Shown here: positions 8,517 to 13,713 of the stretch, piece after piece
Layout of the letters: each line of letters starts with the position of its first letter
Numbering within the stretch: the stretch's first letter is position 1
Assembly: GCA_963807635.1 (NCBI GenBank)
Contig: CAWEDJ010000101.1
Coordinates: 1 to 13,713 of the forward strand
Reading direction: 5' to 3'
Length of the DNA stretch: 13,713 bases
DNA from: an uncultured cyanobacterium
Lineage (GTDB): Bacteria; Cyanobacteriota; Cyanobacteriia; Cyanobacteriales; Microcystaceae
The notes under the pieces: model-generated
Told to the model about the DNA's origin: nothing
Databases searched by the model: none
What the model saw: the letters and a program-made list of their open reading frames with translations, nothing else
Translations under genes and position numbers: made by a program

Positions 8517-9580
8517 TTAGGGAGACTTAACCGCCTGACGAACTAAATCAGCTAATTTCTCCGCACTATCAATAATGGCTAAAGAACTTGCCGCTTCGGC
8601 CATGATCATTAATTTTTCGGGCGATCGCAGTAAATCCAAAACGACATTTTCTAAGATTTCTGGAGTCAACTGTTTTTGAGCATAAACCTGGGCCGCGCCC
8701 GCCTCTTCAAAAACCTTGGCATTATAACTTTGATGATCTTCGGCGGCAAAGGGATAAGGAATTAAAATAGACGGCGTGTTTGTCACTGCTAATTCGGTTA
8801 AAGTTCCTGCGCCTGAGCGACTAATGGCTAAATTAGCCCGTTGTAAGAGTCCCGCCATGTTGTCATAAAACGGTAGAGCAAGATAATTGGGATGGCTAAA
8901 GGTCTCGGCATCAGGATCATTGTTTCCTGTCAAATGCACAATATAAGCCCCCGCTTCTACCCAAGCCGCCACACAGGGACGGATTTGTTGATTCACCGAA
9001 ACTGCTCCCTGGGAACCCCCTGCCACCACAATTAAGGGCATATTTTCAGAAATCGGCAAATCTAGCGGTTGAGGCTCCCGAAATAGCGATCGCACAGGCG
9101 TACTCACCCAGACGGTTTTAACTTTCGGCAAAAATTGAGCCGTTCCCGCAAATCCCAGGGCGATCGTTTGAAAAGAAGAAGCAAATAATTTCGTCACCTT
9201 GCCTGGAATAAAATTCGCTTCGTGTAAAATAACAGGAATCCCCAGCGATCGCGCCGCCACCACCGTTGGCCCTGCAATATAGCCCCCCGTTGTACAAATC
9301 ACATCAATTTTGTGGGATTTTAATAATTTACGAACCTTAAAAACAGAGATAATTAAACCCCAGGCAACCTTCAGGGTTTTTAAACTCAACCCCCCTTGAA
9401 ATCCTTCCACAGGGATCGTAAACAAGGGATATTCCTTCGGCACTAGGGTTTGTTCTAGACGATTAGGAACCCCTAACCATTCAATGTCATAGTCAGGCAA
9501 CTGTTGGGCAGGGCCAACGCAGGGAAGAGGTGTCCCCCCGTACCACTAGCCGCAATGAGTAAACGAATTGGTTGAGCCAT
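8517..9580 (-). CDS. murG: MurG lipid II GlcNAc transferase, with an apparent 1-bp deletion at about 9509-9510
   Basis: ATG at 9580 gives MAQPIRLLIAASGTGGHLFPALAL (G-loop 1) in a different frame from the body, which has TGGYIAGP, LHEAN, GGSQGA, SRSGAGT and IPYPFAAEDHQ. Adding one base restores ALALAQQLPDYDIEWLG. Confidence 0.95.
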
Positions 9581-9652
9581 TATTAAGCAAGAATTACGAT
9601 TTGTCAGTTTTCAACGGTAAAGACATAATATAACTTGTGGGGGTTTTCTACC

Positions 9653-10513
9653 ATGAGGACTCCCAATCGGCTATTGTTTTCCCAGTTATCAAAAAATATG
9701 ATACGTGCCACTTTGTTTTCTCGCTTATTTTTTCCTACTTTGTTAAAACCAGTGAATTGGTCAATGGCTTTTTTACTCAGCTTGGGTATGATGCTTCATT
9801 TCGCCAGTAACCTTAGAGCAGAAGACCCCAATACAGCCCCTCCCCAACTCAAAACGCTCATTAGTGAAATGGATAAGGTGGGCAATCAGAAAAATTTGGA
9901 GCAGATCAAGACTTTTTATAGCCCTAAGTTCACCAACAGCGACGGTCTGAACTACGCCGATCTTGAACAATCTCTTAAATCTCTTTGGAAAAGATACCCT
10001 GACCTCAAATACACAACGGAATTAATTTCCTGGGAGAAGCAAGGGGATAATTTAGTCGCCCAAACCGAAACCAAAATAGAAGGAACGGGGAAATTACAAG
10101 CAAATTCCGCCAAACTTCAGGGAACCATCCAATCTCGCCAGGTCTTTCAGGGAGATAAACTCCTGAGTCAGGAAATTTTAAATGAAAAAATTACCCTCAC
10201 CTCTGGAACAAAGCCGCCCAGTATTGACGTAAAGTTACCCGAAAGCGTCCGTCCAGGTCAGGAATTTGATTTTGATGTGATCCTCAAAGATCCCATTGGG
10301 AATAATCTTTTGGCAGGAGCGGCCATGAATCAGGCTGTGGATGCCGATAGTTATCTAAATCCATCTCCTTTGGATCTAGAACTTTTGCAAGCGGGCGGCC
10401 TATTTAAACGCTCTAAGGCTCCTACTAAGCCAGAAAATCGCTGGTTATCGGGGGTATTAATTGGAGCAGACGGCATTACCTGGGTGACTCAACGGCTACG
10501 AGTCGAAAAGTAA
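9653..10513 (+). CDS. Exported NTF2-like-domain protein, divergent from murG (start uncertain: ATG 9653 or 9698)
   Basis: Long ORF with a signal-peptide-like segment ending LRA-EDP, followed by FYSPKFTNSDGL...LWKRYPDLKYTTEL (NTF2/SnoaL-like) and a beta-rich C-terminal domain. Confidence 0.75.
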   Translation: MRTPNRLLFSQLSKNMIRATLFSRLFFPTLLKPVNWSMAFLLSLGMMLHFASNLRAEDPNTAPPQLKTLISEMDKVGNQKNLEQIKTFYSPKFTNSDGLNYADLEQSLKSLWKRYPDLKYTTELISWEKQGDNLVAQTETKIEGTGKLQANSAKLQGTIQSRQVFQGDKLLSQEILNEKITLTSGTKPPSIDVKLPESVRPGQEFDFDVILKDPIGNNLLAGAAMNQAVDADSYLNPSPLDLELLQAGGLFKRSKAPTKPENRWLSGVLIGADGITWVTQRLRVEK

Positions 10514-10583
10514 TTTAAAGCTGATTTGTGTCAGAATGCTACCATTAATCTAAAAATTGTTCCCACCTTCATTTTTGAGACCC

Positions 10584-10988
10584 ATGAAAAATTCTAATCT
10601 TGATGGCCAGGCTCTTTCTCCGAAAGGACAACATTTACCCCTTTGGCCCTTTTTATTACTGGCGGGGATTGCGATCGCCTCGGTTGCAAGTGGCTTCTTG
10701 GGTTTCAAATTAGGGGATGAGGCCTTGAAGGGTGTGTCCCAGCCAGAGGTTAATCCAACCCAAAAGGTTTTAGACAAACCCAGCAAGTCGCAAGATAAAG
10801 CAAATCAAGGCATGGTCGTGTTTAAGCCCGTCGATGAAAGTAAAGTGATTAAACAGGTCAAAAGCTACATCGTCAGTAAGGGTGGAAAAAATGCAGTGGA
10901 TAATGGTTCCAAGCCAAAAAATAAGAAATCTTCCGTGAAGTCAACCCAAAAATCAACAGAAAGTAAACCTGAAATTAAAAAAAATTAA
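10584..10988 (+). CDS. Hypothetical single-pass membrane protein with Lys-rich tail
   Basis: ATG at 10584, a hydrophobic segment LWPFLLLAGIAIASVASGFLGF, then LGDEALKGVSQPEVNPT and a low-complexity basic C-terminus. Confidence 0.75.
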   Translation: MKNSNLDGQALSPKGQHLPLWPFLLLAGIAIASVASGFLGFKLGDEALKGVSQPEVNPTQKVLDKPSKSQDKANQGMVVFKPVDESKVIKQVKSYIVSKGGKNAVDNGSKPKNKKSSVKSTQKSTESKPEIKKN

Positions 10989-11068
10989 GTTGACGCGATC
11001 GCGGTTAGAAGCAACGAGTTTTATCCGATTTTATTCCCATTTACAAGCAATTGTTTAATCAGAGAATA

Positions 11069-11860
11069 TCAACACTCTAAAGATATTGACGTTTCTGATT
11101 CTTCTGTCGTTGTGCCTCTTAATAAATCTAAAATTGTGTCAGTATAATGATAAAAGTCAGGTTCACGCTTGATTTTATAGGTGCGATTTTCGGGTAGTTC
11201 AATGGTTAATTCCTGTTGGATTGTTCCTGGTCTCGCGCTCAATACATAAATTCGTTGGGACAAAAAGACTGCCTCTTCTACATCATGGGTAATCATCAGA
11301 ATACTGCATTTAATCCGTTGCCAAATTTCGATCAGATATTCCTGCATTCTTTCTTTAGTTTGAACATCTAATGCGCCAAAGGGTTCATCCATTAACAATA
11401 CCTTCGGATGACAGGCTAGGGAACGGGCGATCGCGACCCGTTGTTTCATCCCGCCCGAAAGTTCCTTGGGAAACGAATCGGCAAATTGAGTTAAACCCAC
11501 AATATCAAGGTAATAACAGGCGAGTTCCCAGCGTTCTTTTTGGGGTAAGCCCTGAAGTTTTAAGCCAAATTCTACATTTTTTTGCACCGTCATCCAGGGA
11601 TAAAGGGTATAACTTTGGAAAACTAAGCCGCGATCGGCTCCAGCCCCTTTTACCTCCGTTCCATCAACAGTAATTTTGCCAGAGGTCGGTGTTTCTAACC
11701 CTGCAATCATCCGCAAAAGAGTCGATTTTCCTGAACCAGAAGCCCCCACCGCACAGACAAATTCAGAAGTCTCGACGTGCATATTAATATCTTTTAGGAC
11801 AACAATAGAACCTCTTTTAGTTGAAAAAGATTTATTGAGATTAGTGATTTCTAAGTGCAT
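11069..11860 (-). CDS. NitT/TauT-family ABC transporter ATP-binding protein (putative guanidine importer)
   Basis: GASGSGKST, VFQSYTLYPW, LSGGMKQRVAIAR, LLMDEPFGALD and ITHDVEEAV. The ATG at 11860 follows AGCAGGAAA. Confidence 0.92.
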   Translation of the reverse strand: MHLEITNLNKSFSTKRGSIVVLKDINMHVETSEFVCAVGASGSGKSTLLRMIAGLETPTSGKITVDGTEVKGAGADRGLVFQSYTLYPWMTVQKNVEFGLKLQGLPQKERWELACYYLDIVGLTQFADSFPKELSGGMKQRVAIARSLACHPKVLLMDEPFGALDVQTKERMQEYLIEIWQRIKCSILMITHDVEEAVFLSQRIYVLSARPGTIQQELTIELPENRTYKIKREPDFYHYTDTILDLLRGTTTEESETSISLEC

Positions 11861-11955
11861 ATAATTTCCTGCTTGAATCAAACATTAAAGTATTTTTTAT
11901 GGATAGAAAATTTATTGTTTCTTCCTAAAAGTTTATAAAAAATAAGTGTAATCAT

Positions 11956-12771
11956 TTAACGATTAACTGACCATTTACACGTCCAACGGAGTAGTAAACG
12001 AAAGCTTAAATCTAAAGCAAAACCAATTACGCCTAAAACGATTAAACAGGCAAAAATTTCATCAGTTCTAAGGAATTTTTGAGCTAACACAATGCGCTTT
12101 CCTAATCCATTATCGGCGGCTAATAATTCCGCGACGACAACCAAATTCCAAGCGGCGGCCATATTAATCCGAAAGGCATCCAAAATATTCGGAATCACAT
12201 AGGGCGTAATCACTTGTAATAAAATTTGTTTACGTAAGCCACCTAATGTATAAGTCACCTCAATTAGTTCCTTGGGAATAAATTTAACGGCATCCATAAT
12301 CATCAGAGTATTAAAAAAAATTGTCCCAATGAAAATGAGCATTACTTTTGAGGTTTCGCCAATGCCTAAATAAATCACTAAAAGGGGAATAAAAGCAGGA
12401 GCAGGCATATAACGAACAACCCCAATAATTGGCTCCGTCAAACTACGGATACTCGGAAAAGCTCCCATTAAAATACCCAAGGGAATCGCAAAAAATCCTC
12501 CTAAGAAAAATCCACCAACAACTCTTAAGAAACTTGTAACCGTATCTTGAATTAAAAAACCTTGTTGCCAAAGATTGACTAATGCCTGAATAACTGCTAG
12601 GGGGGAAGGAAGAAAAACGGATTCAATAGGGGCAAAACTAGACACTAATAGCCAGATTAACAAGGGAATTACAATCGAAAGAGTCATTAAGACCCACTTC
12701 AATGATTCGGAAATTTCTTCAGCAAGTTGCCAAAAAATAGTCGGTTTTAAAAGTTTAGGATTCGTCGTCAT
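11956..12771 (-). CDS. NitT/TauT-family ABC transporter permease (putative guanidine importer)
   Basis: 271 aa with multiple transmembrane segments, FLPSP, RYMPAPAFIPL, an EAA-like loop ELIEVTYTLGG and AWNLVVVAELLAADNGLG. Confidence 0.92.
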   Translation of the reverse strand: MTTNPKLLKPTIFWQLAEEISESLKWVLMTLSIVIPLLIWLLVSSFAPIESVFLPSPLAVIQALVNLWQQGFLIQDTVTSFLRVVGGFFLGGFFAIPLGILMGAFPSIRSLTEPIIGVVRYMPAPAFIPLLVIYLGIGETSKVMLIFIGTIFFNTLMIMDAVKFIPKELIEVTYTLGGLRKQILLQVITPYVIPNILDAFRINMAAAWNLVVVAELLAADNGLGKRIVLAQKFLRTDEIFACLIVLGVIGFALDLSFRLLLRWTCKWSVNR

Positions 12772-12841
12772 TTAGTCTTCTCTTGTGAATAGAATAAAGA
12801 TTGAGACGGTCAATTTCACCGAAAATCTAGAATTGCGATCG

Positions 12842-13681
12842 CTAAGCTTTATTTGTACTCAATGCTTTAACAAATTGAGAATCCAGAATTTTTGTCAGAT
12901 CAGGGACTTTCTTAATGAAGCCTACACCTTTCATAAAATCTGCCATTTTTGTTGCGGCATAGGGCATACTTTTCATCGTCTCGCCAGGACTAAAGGCTTC
13001 AACGTTTTCTGCGATAGTAAAAAATCGAGTTCCTTCTTTGTAGAGCTTTAATTCTTCTGGACTAATTCCTGCTCGCTTGGCCTGATTTGATCGGATTTTT
13101 CAGGATTTTTTTCCATGAAATCCCGAACTTCAAACCAAGTTTTAACTAAGGCTTGAACTTGTTCAGGTTTCTCTTTTATTAATTTTTCGGTTACAATCAA
13201 AAGATCAGGAATTGCTCCAGGAAAATCCTTAGAGTTGGCAATTTCCTTTGATCCTTTTCGTTTTAAAGCCGTTGACCAAAAGGGTGGAAAGGCTCCTACT
13301 CCATCCACTTTTCCCGATGCAAATGCTGCTGCGGCGGCTCCTGTTTCGAGGGGGACAATTTGCACATCTTTGCGATTCATTCCTGCTTTTTCTAGGACTA
13401 AGCTAAGTAAGAAATCATCGACGACTCCTTCTTCAACCGCAATTTTTTTACCTTTTAAATCTTTAACGCTATTAATTTCTTGCGCGACAATAATTTTGTC
13501 ATTACCTGCCGAGTTGTCATTCACTAAAACGGCGACTTCTCCATTAATCGCTTCTCCTGCAAAGGCGATCGTATCATTGAGGGTTTGACTATTTCCGTCT
13601 AATTGTCCTGCGGCGAGTGCTTGTAAAGATTCGAGATAACCATCAAACCATTTCATTTGCACATTAATATTATTTTTGGAG
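12842..13681 (-). pseudogene. SsuA/THI5-like ABC substrate-binding protein, frameshifted at about 13082 and interrupted at about 13681
   Basis: The body reads KNNINVQMKWFDGYLESLQALAAGQLDGNSQTLNDT...DNSAGNDKII...FPGAIPD. Restoring one T (ATC A[T]G GCC AAG) continues the frame as MAKRAGISPEELKLYKEGTRFFTIAENVEAF...LDSQFVKALSTNKA to TAG at 12842-12844. Confidence 0.85.
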
Positions 13682-13713
13682 CAATACGACGAAACGAAGC
13701 AGCGATAAAAATA
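13682..13713. mobile_element. Probable IS terminus (IS4-family-like CAATAC end) inserted in the binding-protein gene
   Basis: Binding-protein-like coding stops abruptly (the frame reads YFYRCFVSSYC before SKNNINV). The foreign sequence begins CAATACGACGAAACG, which fits the nAATR end motif of IS4-type elements. Confidence 0.55.

Noticed and set aside
9500..9515. Programmed -1 ribosomal frameshift in murG
   Set aside because: No X XXY YYZ slippery site or obvious stimulatory structure; a sequencing error is more parsimonious.
9773..10786. Minus-strand ORFs 9773..9970 and 10550..10786
   Set aside because: Antisense to better-supported plus-strand genes.
11371..13588. Plus-strand ORFs 11371..11673, 11676..11864, 12785..13051 and 13235..13588
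   Set aside because: All are antisense to the ABC transporter genes. 12785..13051 mirrors the frameshifted 3' part of the binding-protein gene.

Overview
AT-rich DNA from a unicellular cyanobacterium; I count 20 exact HIP1 octamers (GCGATCGC). The core genes are cobK/cbiJ, a Uma2-family nuclease, dnaG, two small membrane-protein genes, the divergent prk / petH pair, murG, an NTF2-like exported protein and a hypothetical membrane protein. A NitT/TauT-type ABC transporter follows, resembling the cyanobacterial guanidine importer (Synechocystis sll1080-1082 type). Accessory material includes a decayed Mutator-like transposase at the left edge, two GTAG-type REP hairpins upstream of dnaG, and a small toxin-antitoxin island between petH and murG. 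In that island an orphan hicB is bracketed by a perfect 48-bp direct repeat that begins at a HIP1 site. Both window ends appear to break into IS termini. Four apparent 1-bp indels are present (transposase, antitoxin, murG, ABC binding protein); the one in essential murG suggests some are sequencing errors. The most interesting signals are the HIP1-anchored hicB cassette, a switch-like anti-Shine-Dalgarno in the petH leader that fits FNR isoform control, and the doubly disrupted binding-protein gene. No clearly new multi-gene system can be demonstrated from sequence alone. All family assignments are from motif recognition, not database searches.
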